Of a DNA stretch of 64,000 nucleotides, positions 1 through 8,828 are shown one piece after another (the stretch's first letter is position 1; each line of letters starts with the position of its first letter). The DNA is taken from the NCBI GenBank assembly GCA_963776585.1, contig CAVZNA010000004.1:229390-293389 (forward strand), written 5' to 3'. The notes beneath the pieces are model-generated. The model searched no databases, was not told where the DNA came from, and was given only the letters and a program-made list of their open reading frames with translations. Both the position numbers and the translations under genes were made by a program. Source of the stretch: an uncultured Actinomycetota bacterium. Its GTDB lineage: Bacteria > Actinomycetota > Actinomycetes > Actinomycetales > Dermatophilaceae.

Positions 1-492
1 GTCGGACTCGCCGCGGCGGCCCTGTCCGTGCGCACGCATCGACTGTCCGGGGCGATCCGGCTGGTGCTGGTCGTGACCGTCGGCTGGGCCAGTGTGATGG
101 CGCTGAAGCCGGTCTTCGGCCGCGACCGGCCCTCGGTGGCGATGGCAGACGTCCTGGGGGTCGAACCGCTGGTGGCCGAACCGGTGGGGGCGAGCTATCC
201 CAGCGGGCACACCGCGTTGGCCACCGGGCTCGCCCTGGCCCTGCTGTGGGCCGGCCGCTACGCCGCGTCCGTGACCCGGTGGTCCATCGCCGTCGTGGGG
301 GTGCTGCTCGTCCTGGTCGTCGGGCTGTCGCGGGTCTACCTCGGCGTGCACTACCCGACGGACGTGGCTGGGGCGGTGATGACCGTCGCCGCGACCACCC
401 TGCTCCTGACGGGTCTGCTGCTCGGCCCGCAGCGAGCCTCTCAGCCCGCACCCCCGGGGCCGGGCGCCGGCTCTGCGATGCTCGGGTCGTGA
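1..492 (+). CDS. PAP2-family phosphatase (5' end outside the window)
   Basis: Frame is open from base 1; PAP2 motifs KPVFGRDRP, SYPSGH and SRVYLGVHYPTDV. Confidence 0.9.
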   Translation, partial: VGLAAAALSVRTHRLSGAIRLVLVVTVGWASVMALKPVFGRDRPSVAMADVLGVEPLVAEPVGASYPSGHTALATGLALALLWAGRYAASVTRWSIAVVGVLLVLVVGLSRVYLGVHYPTDVAGAVMTVAATTLLLTGLLLGPQRASQPAPPGPGAGSAMLGS

Positions 493-494
493 CG

Positions 495-2045
495 ATGGAA
501 CCCAGGACTCCTGCGGGCGACCACCCCGACACCGGTCATCCGCGCGCCTCGACCGGTCGCCACACGCTGGGTTCCCGGGCTGCTGCGGTGCTCGTGTTCG
601 GCTCCTCGGCGGCCGTGCTGGTGGTCGAGCTCGTCGCGCTCCGGCTGCTCGCGCCCTACCTCGGCCTCACCCTGGAGACCAGCACCCTGGTGATCGGGCT
701 GGCGCTCAGCGCGATCGCCGCGGGCTCGTGGCTCGGCGGGCGGGCCGCCGACAGGGTGCCGCCTCGACGCGCCCTCGGGCCGCTGCTGGCGGTCTCGGGT
801 GTCGCCGTCGCGTTGACCCCGATGAGCGTCCGCACCGCCGCCGAGGTGGGGTCCGGGTCGCTGCTGCTGCCGGTGGCTGCGCTGTCGATCGTGGTGCCGG
901 GCGCCCTGCTGTCGGCGGTCACGCCGATGGTGACCAAGCTGCAGCTCACCGACCTGCACGAGACGGGCACCGTGGTGGGGCGGCTGTCCGGCATCGGCAC
1001 CGCAGGGGCGATCGCCGGCACGGTGGTGACCGGCTTCGTCCTGATCTCCACGGTGCCGGTCAGTGTCATCCTGGTCGGCCTCGGCGTGGCCCTGCTCCTG
1101 GCGGCGCTGGTCGTCGACCTGCGGGTGCGCGGTCCCCGGCAGGCGGTCGTGCCGGCACTCGTGGTGGCACTGGCGGGCCTCGGGGCCACCGTGGCGCCCG
1201 GCGGCTGCGATGTCGAGACGACCTACCACTGCGCGCGCGTCGAGGTTGACCCGCAACGTGAGAGTGGCCGGGTGCTGGTGCTCGACACGCTCCGTCACTC
1301 CTACGTGGACCTCGACGACCCGACCTACCTCGAGTTCGCCTACATGCAGGCCATCGCGTCCGCCGTCGACACGGGATGGCCGCCGGGGGAGGCTTTGCGG
1401 GCCTACCACCTGGGGGGCGGCGGGCTGACCTTCCCGCGTTACCTCGCCGAGGTCCGGCCGGGCACGCAGAGCCTGGTCTCCGAGATCGACCCCGGTGTCG
1501 TCGAGGTCGATGTCGACCGCCTGGGACTGCAGACCGGTCCGGACCTGGAGGTGCGTGTCGAGGACGGCCGGCTGGGGCTTCGCGCTCTCGAGGATGACAG
1601 CCGTGACCTCGTCGTCGGCGACGCGTTCGGCGGCGTGAGCGTGCCCTGGCACCTGACGACCCGCGAGGCCGTGGCCGACGTGCGCCGGGTGCTGGTCGAC
1701 GACGGTGTCTACGTCGCCAACCTCATCGACAACGGACCGCTGGCCTTCGCCCGCGCCGAGGTGGCGACGTTCGGTGCCGTGTTCGAGCACGTGGCTGTCG
1801 CGGCCGAGACGGCGACCTTCACCGGCGGACCCGGAGCCGGCGGCAACCTCGTGGCCGTCGCGTCCGACCGCGCCATCGACGTCGAGGCGATGCAGCGGGT
1901 CATGGACGACCGTGGGTTGGAGTGGTCCGTCATCACCGGTGCAGAGCTGGACACGTGGGTGGGTGACGCCCAGGTGCTGACCGACGACTTCGCCCCCGTC
2001 GACCAGCTGCTCACCCCGTATGCCGTGCTCACCCCCGCCGCCTGA
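495..2045 (+). CDS. Fused MFS-like membrane domain / spermidine synthase-like SAM-dependent domain
   Basis: ATG at 495 (MEPRTP). About 7 hydrophobic helices, then YHLGGGG, SEIDP, EDGR, VGDAF and C-terminal LTDDFAP. Confidence 0.85.
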   Translation: MEPRTPAGDHPDTGHPRASTGRHTLGSRAAAVLVFGSSAAVLVVELVALRLLAPYLGLTLETSTLVIGLALSAIAAGSWLGGRAADRVPPRRALGPLLAVSGVAVALTPMSVRTAAEVGSGSLLLPVAALSIVVPGALLSAVTPMVTKLQLTDLHETGTVVGRLSGIGTAGAIAGTVVTGFVLISTVPVSVILVGLGVALLLAALVVDLRVRGPRQAVVPALVVALAGLGATVAPGGCDVETTYHCARVEVDPQRESGRVLVLDTLRHSYVDLDDPTYLEFAYMQAIASAVDTGWPPGEALRAYHLGGGGLTFPRYLAEVRPGTQSLVSEIDPGVVEVDVDRLGLQTGPDLEVRVEDGRLGLRALEDDSRDLVVGDAFGGVSVPWHLTTREAVADVRRVLVDDGVYVANLIDNGPLAFARAEVATFGAVFEHVAVAAETATFTGGPGAGGNLVAVASDRAIDVEAMQRVMDDRGLEWSVITGAELDTWVGDAQVLTDDFAPVDQLLTPYAVLTPAA

Positions 2046-2185
2046 ACCACTCCGCCGCCTGAGTCACTCCCGACCCCCGAAGTGGCACTGTCTCCGGTCC
2101 TTCGGCCGCTCAGCAGCCGGCGCGCTGCCGCTGTCCAGCCACCCACCGGCGCAGCGACTGCGCTCAGGAGGGGTGGCCCGGGGGA

Positions 2186-2351
2186 GGCTACGACACTGCC
2201 CCCGGTGTCGGGGCAGCCTGACCGCCGGACCACGCGGGGCTACGACACTGCCCCCGGTGTCGGGGCAGCCTGACCGCCGACCACGCGGGGCTACGACACT
2301 GCCCCCGGTGTCGGGGCAGCCTGCCCCCGGATGTGGGGCAGTGCCGTAGCC
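2186..2351. repeat. Three tandem 51-52 bp hairpin units plus one inverted degenerate copy (REP/BIME-like)
   Basis: GGCTACGACACTGCCCCCGGTGTCGGGGCAGCCTG starts at 2186, 2238 and 2289; an inverted copy ends ...GGGGCAGTGCCGTAGCC at 2351; lies between convergent genes. Confidence 0.9.
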
Positions 2352-2422
2352 TCTGGCGACCGACCCTGGGGGGATGGATAGCCCCGGGTCCTCGGGACCT
2401 GGAGGACCCGCGGGTTGTCGGC

Positions 2423-3901
2423 TTAGACGCCGGCGGGTGCCTCCGCCTCTGCCGCATGCGCCAGGCCACGGTGCATCGCCAGGAACGAGGCGGTGTGTGC
2501 AGGCCACATGCTGCCCCAGTAGGCCAGGCCGGCCAGCCCCGACGGTGTGAACCGGGCCGTCTGGGTGAGGACAGAGGTGCCGGGCCGCGGACCGGGCTCG
2601 ACCCGGAGGATGAGCAGAGCGTCCCCGGGCAGCCGCATGAGGGAGCGGAGGGCCACCTCCCCACCGTGCTCGTCGCGTCGGACGTAGGCCACGACCCAGG
2701 AGTCGACCTGCATACCGACCTCGAGTGGTCCGGGGCCGCGGTGCCTGACGTGACCTCGACCTCCGACGGCACGGTCGATGAGCCCGCGGGTCTGCCACAG
2801 GATGTCGGGCACGTGCCAGCCGTGGTCACCGCCGAGCTGCTCGACGTGTGACCAGACGACCTTGGCGGGTGCCGCGACCTCCGCCTGGTGGCGGTCGTGG
2901 AAGACCGTGGCTCCGGCCCACTCGGGGTCGGCCGCACTGAGGCGCCCCGGGTGGTCGATGTCGACCTCCGGCCGCAGCGGCCGGGCCTGCGGGCCCTCCT
3001 GCGCCTCGAGGACGGCCGCGTCGAAGCTCACGAACCCGCCCTCGGGGTCCGGCACGTAGTCGGCGATGTCGTGCTCCTTGCAGACGACCTCGTGGATGAG
3101 CGAGCCGACCAGGGGCTTCGCGATGCCCGCGGGCACCGGGGTCACCAGGCCCACCCAGTGGCTGGCCAGTCCGGGTGTCATCACCGGCACCGTGCGCACG
3201 CGACGCTTGACGAGGTGGCTCTGCGCGGCATACCGGCCGATCATCTGGCGGTAGGTGAGCACCTCCTCGGCACCGATGTCGAAGCCCCGGTTCACCTCCG
3301 GCGGGAGGTCGGCGACCCCGACGAGGTAGCGCACGACGTCGGCGATCGCGATGGGCTGGATCCGGGTGTCCAGCCACCGCGGCGCGATCATCACCGGCAG
3401 CCGCTCGGTGAGGTGGCGCAGCATCTCGAAGGAGGCCGAGCCGGCGCCGAGGATGACCGCTGCCCGGAGCACCACGGTCGGCACCGGCGAGGACAGGAAG
3501 ATGTCCTCGACCTCCTTGCGCGAGCCCAGGTGGGTCGAGAGCTCCTCGTCCGGCGGGTAGAGCCCGCTGAGGTAGACGATGCGTCCCACGTGCTGCTCCC
3601 CAGCGATGCGGGCGAAGTGCTGCGCGAGGTTGCGGTCCCGCTCGACCCAGCCGGGCTTGCCGTCCATCGAGTGGATGAAGTAGTAGGCCACGTCGACATC
3701 GGTCATCGCGGCGGCCAGGTCCTCGGCGTCGTCGGCGTTGCCCTCGGAGACCTCGACCCGGTCGGCCCAGTCACGGTCTGCGAGCTTGGAGCCGTCGCGG
3801 GTGAGGACCCGGACGGTCCAGCCCTCACGGAGCAGGGCGGGCACCAGACGGGAGCCGATGTATCCGGTGGCGCCGGTGACCAGTGCGCGTCGTGCGGTCA
3901 T
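2423..3901 (-). CDS. Atypical SDR NAD(P)-binding protein with C-terminal DUF2867-like domain
   Basis: VTGATGYIG Rossmann motif, AYYFIHSM, ASFEMLRHL, C-terminal GLAGLAYW. Start ATG 3901 preceded by GGAG. Confidence 0.85.
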   Translation of the reverse strand: MTARRALVTGATGYIGSRLVPALLREGWTVRVLTRDGSKLADRDWADRVEVSEGNADDAEDLAAAMTDVDVAYYFIHSMDGKPGWVERDRNLAQHFARIAGEQHVGRIVYLSGLYPPDEELSTHLGSRKEVEDIFLSSPVPTVVLRAAVILGAGSASFEMLRHLTERLPVMIAPRWLDTRIQPIAIADVVRYLVGVADLPPEVNRGFDIGAEEVLTYRQMIGRYAAQSHLVKRRVRTVPVMTPGLASHWVGLVTPVPAGIAKPLVGSLIHEVVCKEHDIADYVPDPEGGFVSFDAAVLEAQEGPQARPLRPEVDIDHPGRLSAADPEWAGATVFHDRHQAEVAAPAKVVWSHVEQLGGDHGWHVPDILWQTRGLIDRAVGGRGHVRHRGPGPLEVGMQVDSWVVAYVRRDEHGGEVALRSLMRLPGDALLILRVEPGPRPGTSVLTQTARFTPSGLAGLAYWGSMWPAHTASFLAMHRGLAHAAEAEAPAGV

Positions 3902-3924
3902 GGGATCTCCTGGGGAGGTGGGCG

Positions 3925-4659
3925 TCAGCCGGCGGGCGTGAACGCCGCGATGAGCGGAGGAAGGATGAAGAGCATCGACAGGGACCACGTCAGATGGGTG
4001 ATGATCGGTCCCAGCACACCACCGGTCACGCGCCGCTGCAGCCCGACGATGGTACCGAGCACGAGCGCGGCGAAGACGAGCATGATGTTGAGCGTCGCGG
4101 CCGTGGCCAAGGCGTAGAGGAGCGTGGAGACCAGCACGGCGTGCGTGCGGCCGATGGCGGCAAACAGCGCACCACGGAAGAACAGCTCCTCCGCCACCCC
4201 GTTGATGAGGGTGATGACGGCCACGACCGGCAGGGAGGCGAACCGGGCGTAGTCCAGGACGTCGTTGACCAGGTCACGCAGGAAGGGCACCTGCCCGACC
4301 AGCAGCGCGCCCGCGGAGAAGACGGCCACGGCCAGCACGCCGAGCAGGAACGGCTGGAGCACCGGCCGGGCGTGCCGCTCCCCGGCGCGGGTGTGCGCCC
4401 ATCCCAGGTGCAGCGGCCCGGAGAGGAAGGCCCCGACCGCCCACACACCCGCGAGCAGCACCGTCAGGACGTAGAAGTCGGTGGAGCCGGGCTCGCGGGT
4501 CAGGCCGATCCCCAGGACCACCGAGCCGACGAGCAGCGTGATGCCCGCGGCGATGCGACGCCGGAGGAACTCGCGGTCGGTCTGCTGGTGGTCCCGGGGG
4601 ACCGGCGTGACCAGAGATGCCTGCAGGAAGCGCAGGATCTCAGCGGGAGGCTTCAGCAG
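3925..4659 (-). CDS. CPBP (Abi/CAAX) intramembrane glutamic endopeptidase
   Basis: AEELFFRG and ITHLTWS motifs with multiple TM helices. Start uncertain, possibly CTG at 4659 or 4656. Confidence 0.8.
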   Translation of the reverse strand: MLKPPAEILRFLQASLVTPVPRDHQQTDREFLRRRIAAGITLLVGSVVLGIGLTREPGSTDFYVLTVLLAGVWAVGAFLSGPLHLGWAHTRAGERHARPVLQPFLLGVLAVAVFSAGALLVGQVPFLRDLVNDVLDYARFASLPVVAVITLINGVAEELFFRGALFAAIGRTHAVLVSTLLYALATAATLNIMLVFAALVLGTIVGLQRRVTGGVLGPIITHLTWSLSMLFILPPLIAAFTPAG

Positions 4660-5179
4660 CGTCCTCCTCGGTCGTGGCGCCGGCGTTGGCCAGGCTGCCG
4701 CCCATGTCCTCCAGGTGGGCGCGGACGAACCACTGGAACTTCTCCAGCTCCGCGGTCTGTCCGATGAGCATGTCCTCGGTGACCGGGTCGATCTCGCCGG
4801 CCATCTCGATGGCCTTGCGGTTGTCCTCGACGACCCCGACGTAGACGAGGTCGAGGGCACCGAGGTGGGCCAGCGCGGTGTCGCGGCCGATCGAGTAGTC
4901 GTCCCAGGTGCGGTCGGCGGCGATGGCGCCGACGGTGCCCTTGGGAGAGCCGCCCATCGTGGCGATGCGCTCGGCCACCTCGTCGGCGTAGCCGCGCACC
5001 ACCTCGACCTGTGGGTCGATCATCTCGTGCACGCTGATGAAGCTCGGACCCACGACGTTCCAGTGGACGTGCTTGAGGGTCAGGTGCAGGTCGTTGTAGG
5101 CCGAGAGACGCTCCTGCAGCGTGCCGATGACCTGTGTGCTCTGCTCGTCCGACAGGCCTGGGACCGTGTAGGACACCAT
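4640..5179 (-). CDS. dps: DNA starvation/stationary phase protection protein Dps
   Basis: KHVHWNVVGPSFISVHEMID, DEVAERI, LEKFQWFVRAH; AAGGAG RBS before ATG 5179. Confidence 0.95.
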   Translation of the reverse strand: MVSYTVPGLSDEQSTQVIGTLQERLSAYNDLHLTLKHVHWNVVGPSFISVHEMIDPQVEVVRGYADEVAERIATMGGSPKGTVGAIAADRTWDDYSIGRDTALAHLGALDLVYVGVVEDNRKAIEMAGEIDPVTEDMLIGQTAELEKFQWFVRAHLEDMGGSLANAGATTEEDAAEASR

Positions 5180-5268
5180 CGTGCGCTCCTTCGTGTCGAC
5201 GTATCGTTGCAGGTCCGACGCTACTCGCAGGTTCCGACAGACGCGCCCCCACCCCACAGGAGGACCCG

Positions 5269-5763
5269 ATGGCACCACCGAACGAGCAGGCTCCCGACCG
5301 GCCGGAGTCGGTGTGGGACTACCCGCGCCCGCCGGCCGTCCGGCCCACCGGCGAGACCGTGGAGGTGCACCTGGGCGGACAGCTGGTGGCACGCACGACC
5401 GAGGCGCTGCAGGTGCTCGAGACGAGCCACCCACCCACCTACTACCTCCCGCGGGCGTGCTTCGCCGACGGGGTGCTCCACGCGGTGCCGGGCAGCACCG
5501 TCTGTGAGTTCAAGGGCCGCGCCGACTACTTCGACATGCGTGCCGGGGACCGCGTGGCCCGGCGCGCCGCCTGGCACTACCCCGAGCCGGTCGCCGGCTA
5601 CGAGGCGCTGGTCGGCCACGTCGCCCTCATGCCCGGGATGATGGACGCCTGCTACGTCGACGGCGAGCGGGTGGTCCCACAGGAGGGGTCCTTCTACGGT
5701 GGCTGGGTCACCTCCAAGGTCGCTGGCCCCTTCAAGGGCGGTCCCGGCACGCTGGGCTGGTGA
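5269..5763 (+). CDS. DUF427 domain protein
   Basis: ESVWDYPRPP, LETSHPPTYY, CEFKG, FYGGW, GPFKGGPG; AGGAGG RBS. Confidence 0.9.
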   Translation: MAPPNEQAPDRPESVWDYPRPPAVRPTGETVEVHLGGQLVARTTEALQVLETSHPPTYYLPRACFADGVLHAVPGSTVCEFKGRADYFDMRAGDRVARRAAWHYPEPVAGYEALVGHVALMPGMMDACYVDGERVVPQEGSFYGGWVTSKVAGPFKGGPGTLGW

Positions 5764-5958
5764 CCTGGGAGGGCCGGGGAGAGGCACGCAGGAGGTCGGA
5801 CGCAGGTGCCGCGCACAGGTGTTCCCCGGAGATTCCCAGCGGACTCACAACATCTCATCCCTAGTAATATTTGAAAATTGAACTACTCTGGGAGGTGCTC
5901 GGGGACCCACACACGTGGCGTCGTGACCAGCGGCGCCGGGGACGACCAGGAGGACTCT

Positions 5959-6267
5959 ATGAAGAAGATGCTCGCCGTTGTCGCTGCCGCAGGGCTCACG
6001 CTCGCCGCAGCTCCCGCCGCCACCGCCGGCGGCCACAGCAAGCCGGACACCGAGTGCATGCAGGCCGGGATCGCGTTCCTGAAGGAGAACGAGCTCTTCA
6101 GCACGGTGGCCAAGGAGGGCCTGCCGGTCGCCACTGCCGTGGCGGTCGGCGTGACCCCTCGTGACGAGGACATGGAGGTCGACCTCGACGCCGTCCTGCC
6201 GCTGTCCGTCGTGCTGGCCGACCACCGCGCCGGCGACGACAGCCTCTTCGTCTACCCCTGGTGCTGA
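5959..6267 (+). CDS. Small secreted hypothetical protein (102 aa)
   Basis: AGGAGG RBS, Sec-type signal peptide MKKMLAVVAAAGLTLAAAPAATA, GC3-biased codons. Confidence 0.8.
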   Translation: MKKMLAVVAAAGLTLAAAPAATAGGHSKPDTECMQAGIAFLKENELFSTVAKEGLPVATAVAVGVTPRDEDMEVDLDAVLPLSVVLADHRAGDDSLFVYPWC

Positions 6268-6302
6268 GGCAGGCGCCCAGCGCGCGCTGACCTTCCGATG
6301 AC

Positions 6303-6342
6303 TCGGCCCCCGTCCGGCGGACAGCTCCCGGACGGGGGCCGA
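6303..6342 (+). terminator. Perfect 15-bp stem-loop
   Basis: TCGGCCCCCGTCCGG-N10-CCGGACGGGGGCCGA downstream of the secreted-protein gene and just before the photolyase GTG; no U-tail. Confidence 0.55.
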
Positions 6343-6348
6343 ACAGGT

Positions 6349-7809
6349 GTGCGGCTCGTCTTCCCGCACCAGCTCTTCCTCCAGCACCTCGAGGCGCCCC
6401 CGGACACCCGCTTCGTGCTCGTCGAGGACGACCTCTTCTTCCGCCACTACGCCTTCCACGCCCACAAGCTGGTGCTGCACCGTGTCTCGATGCGGCGCTT
6501 CGCAGCCCGGCTGCGTGAGGCCGGCTTCGTCGTCGACGTCGTCGAGACCGACGCACGCGCCTCCAGCGGCGTCCGGCTCACCGTCCTCCTGCACGAGCTG
6601 GCCCCCGAGCGCGTCACGGTCTACGACCTGGTCGACGACTGGCTCGAGCAGCGCACCCGCCGCCTGCTCGACGACGTCGGCTGCCCGCTGGGGGAGGAGG
6701 ACGTGCTGGAGTCGCCCGGCTTCCTCACCACGCGTGCCCAGGTCGCGCAGTGGTCGCGCACCGGCTCGGCCCGGATGCAGCACTTCTACACCTGGCAGCG
6801 CCGACGGCTCGGGATCCTCCTGGACGGTGACGGCCCCCTGGGGGGCCGGTGGTCCTTCGACACGGACAACCGCAGGAAGCTGCCCCGAGGGCACCCGGTG
6901 CCGCCGGTCGCGCCGCCGCGCCGGCATACGGAGGTGGAGGCCGCACTCGCCTGGGTCGGCGAGGAGTTCCCGGACGCTCCGGGCCGGGCGCACACCTTCT
7001 GCTGGCCGACCTCGCACGAGGAGGCCGCCGAGGCCTACGAGACCTTCCTCACCGAGCGCTTCGCGGAGTTCGGGCCCTACGAGGACGCGCTCAGCACGGA
7101 GCATCCCTACCTCTTCCACTCCCTGCTGACGCCTGGGCTCAACATCGGCCTGGTCGACCCGGGGTATGTCGTGCGCCGGGCCCTGGAGGTCGGCGAGGAG
7201 ACCGGCGTGGGGCTGGCCTCGGTCGAGGGCTTCGTGCGGCAGGTCATCGGCTGGCGGGAGTACATGCGGGCCACCTACGTGCTGTGGGGACGGCAGATGC
7301 GCACCGCCAACCACCTGCAGCACACTCGGTCGCTGGACCCGGGCTGGTGGACCGCGCAGACCGGGCTGGAGCCGGTCGACCTGGTCCTCGAGCGGGTGCT
7401 CGAGCACGGCTACGCCCACCACATCGAGCGACTCATGGTGCTCGGCAACGCGATGTGCCTGCTGCGCACCGACCCCGTCGAGGTCCACGAGTGGTTCATG
7501 GAGATGTTCGTCGACGCCTACGACTGGGTGATGGTGCCCAACGTGCACGCCATGAGCCAGTTCGCCGCGGGTGCGGCGATCACCACCAAGCCCTACGTCT
7601 CCGGGAGCAACTACCTTCGGAAGATGTCCGACCTTCCGAAGGGCGACTGGGCCGCCGACTGGGACGGGCTCTACTGGGCCTTCGTCGCCGACCACCGCGA
7701 CGTGTTCGAGACCAACCCACGCTCGCGGATGATGACGCGGGTGTGGGACGGCTTCGACGACGCCACGCGCGCGGCGCACCGTGAGCGCGCTCAGCGATGG
7801 CTGCGGTGA
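6349..7809 (+). CDS. Photolyase-related protein (PhrB/CryPro-type bacterial (6-4) photolyase family)
   Basis: LVFPHQL, HKLVLH, GGRWSFDTDNR, EGFVRQVIGWREY, YAHHIERLM, DAYDWVMVPNV, KPYVSGSNY. Start GTG 6349 or ATG 6298. Confidence 0.9.
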   Translation: MRLVFPHQLFLQHLEAPPDTRFVLVEDDLFFRHYAFHAHKLVLHRVSMRRFAARLREAGFVVDVVETDARASSGVRLTVLLHELAPERVTVYDLVDDWLEQRTRRLLDDVGCPLGEEDVLESPGFLTTRAQVAQWSRTGSARMQHFYTWQRRRLGILLDGDGPLGGRWSFDTDNRRKLPRGHPVPPVAPPRRHTEVEAALAWVGEEFPDAPGRAHTFCWPTSHEEAAEAYETFLTERFAEFGPYEDALSTEHPYLFHSLLTPGLNIGLVDPGYVVRRALEVGEETGVGLASVEGFVRQVIGWREYMRATYVLWGRQMRTANHLQHTRSLDPGWWTAQTGLEPVDLVLERVLEHGYAHHIERLMVLGNAMCLLRTDPVEVHEWFMEMFVDAYDWVMVPNVHAMSQFAAGAAITTKPYVSGSNYLRKMSDLPKGDWAADWDGLYWAFVADHRDVFETNPRSRMMTRVWDGFDDATRAAHRERAQRWLR

Positions 7810-8276
7810 GCGGGCCGAGCCAGGGCCCCTCGGGCTGGGGGCTGACCCGGCTGTGGCACGAGTTCAGCACGTTCCTGCTCTACGTCTTCTGGGTGCTGGC
7901 GCTGCTGTCCCTGCCGCTGGTCTACGTGTCGGTCGACACCGGCCGGCTGTCGGCGACCGTGGCGGTCCTCGGCCTGGGACTGCTGGCGCCGCTGGTCACC
8001 TGGGCGATCGGCGTCCACCTGGAGCGGGTGGCCGGGCGGCAGGAGCGCCGGTGGTGGTGGCGCTACACCCAGTGGCCGCACCTGTTGCGCTCCGAGCCGC
8101 TCGACCAGGCCGGCTGGGACCGATGGCGGCGCGCCAGCAGCATCGCCGTCGCGGTCGGCAGCCTGGCCACCGCGTGGACCGTCTATGCCGGGTCGGTGGT
8201 CACTGCCGCCCTGGTGCCGGTCGCGGTGTGGGTGCTCGTCTTCGCGCGGCTGCGTCGCTCGGCTCCCTGGCCGTGA
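7806..8276 (+). CDS. Hypothetical 4-TM membrane protein (paralog A)
   Basis: GTGA overlap with the photolyase stop; four hydrophobic segments. Confidence 0.7.
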   Translation: MSGPSQGPSGWGLTRLWHEFSTFLLYVFWVLALLSLPLVYVSVDTGRLSATVAVLGLGLLAPLVTWAIGVHLERVAGRQERRWWWRYTQWPHLLRSEPLDQAGWDRWRRASSIAVAVGSLATAWTVYAGSVVTAALVPVAVWVLVFARLRRSAPWP

Positions 8277-8323
8277 CCCCGGGGGGGTCGACCCGGCGAC
8301 CTGTCCCGGCGCACCATGGAGGG

Positions 8324-8800
8324 GTGACCGACCGCCCCGACGACGCCTGGCGCCTCAACCTGAGCTTTGCGGTGCCCGGGTGGCTGCGCCGCGAGGCGGT
8401 GTCCTTCCTGCTGGCCGGGGTCTGGGTCGTCTACGGCCAGGCGCTGGTCATCGTCGTGCTGAGCAGCCGGGCAGGCAGGTTCGGCGACCTGCAGCAGGTG
8501 CTGCTGGTGATGGGGTTCGTGGGCGCCGCACCGCTGGTGGCGATGGCACTGCGGGCGCACGTGGAGCGGCACGGGGGTCGCCGGTCCGGGCGGCTCTGGG
8601 ACCTCGGGCGCCGACAGACCGACATCAGCCCCGAGGACGCCGCCGGCCGACGCGACCGCATCGGCAACATCGCGGTCGGGGTGGTCAGCGTGGCGACCTT
8701 CTGGGCGTTCTACGCCGGCTCCCTCATCGCCGCGGCTGCGGTGCCGGTGGCGGTGTGGTGGGTGGTGCTCGACCGGCTGCGGTGGCGAGAGACCCCCTAG
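8324..8800 (+). CDS. Hypothetical 4-TM membrane protein (paralog B)
   Basis: GTG after GGAGG; four hydrophobic segments; visibly similar to paralog A. Confidence 0.7.
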   Translation: MTDRPDDAWRLNLSFAVPGWLRREAVSFLLAGVWVVYGQALVIVVLSSRAGRFGDLQQVLLVMGFVGAAPLVAMALRAHVERHGGRRSGRLWDLGRRQTDISPEDAAGRRDRIGNIAVGVVSVATFWAFYAGSLIAAAAVPVAVWWVVLDRLRWRETP

Positions 8801-8828
8801 CGCCGGGCGCCGGAGGTCGACCGGTGGC

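Noticed and set aside
495-2045. MFS/spermidine synthase fusion as new
   Set aside because: A widely annotated domain architecture.
2186-2351. CRISPR array
   Set aside because: The linkers are near-identical and only 16-17 nt, there are three units, and no cas genes or leader are present.
5845-7779. 644-aa minus-strand ORF and similar overlapping Arg/Pro/Gly-rich ORFs across the window
   Set aside because: They overlap well-supported genes and have the composition of alternative frames in high-GC DNA.
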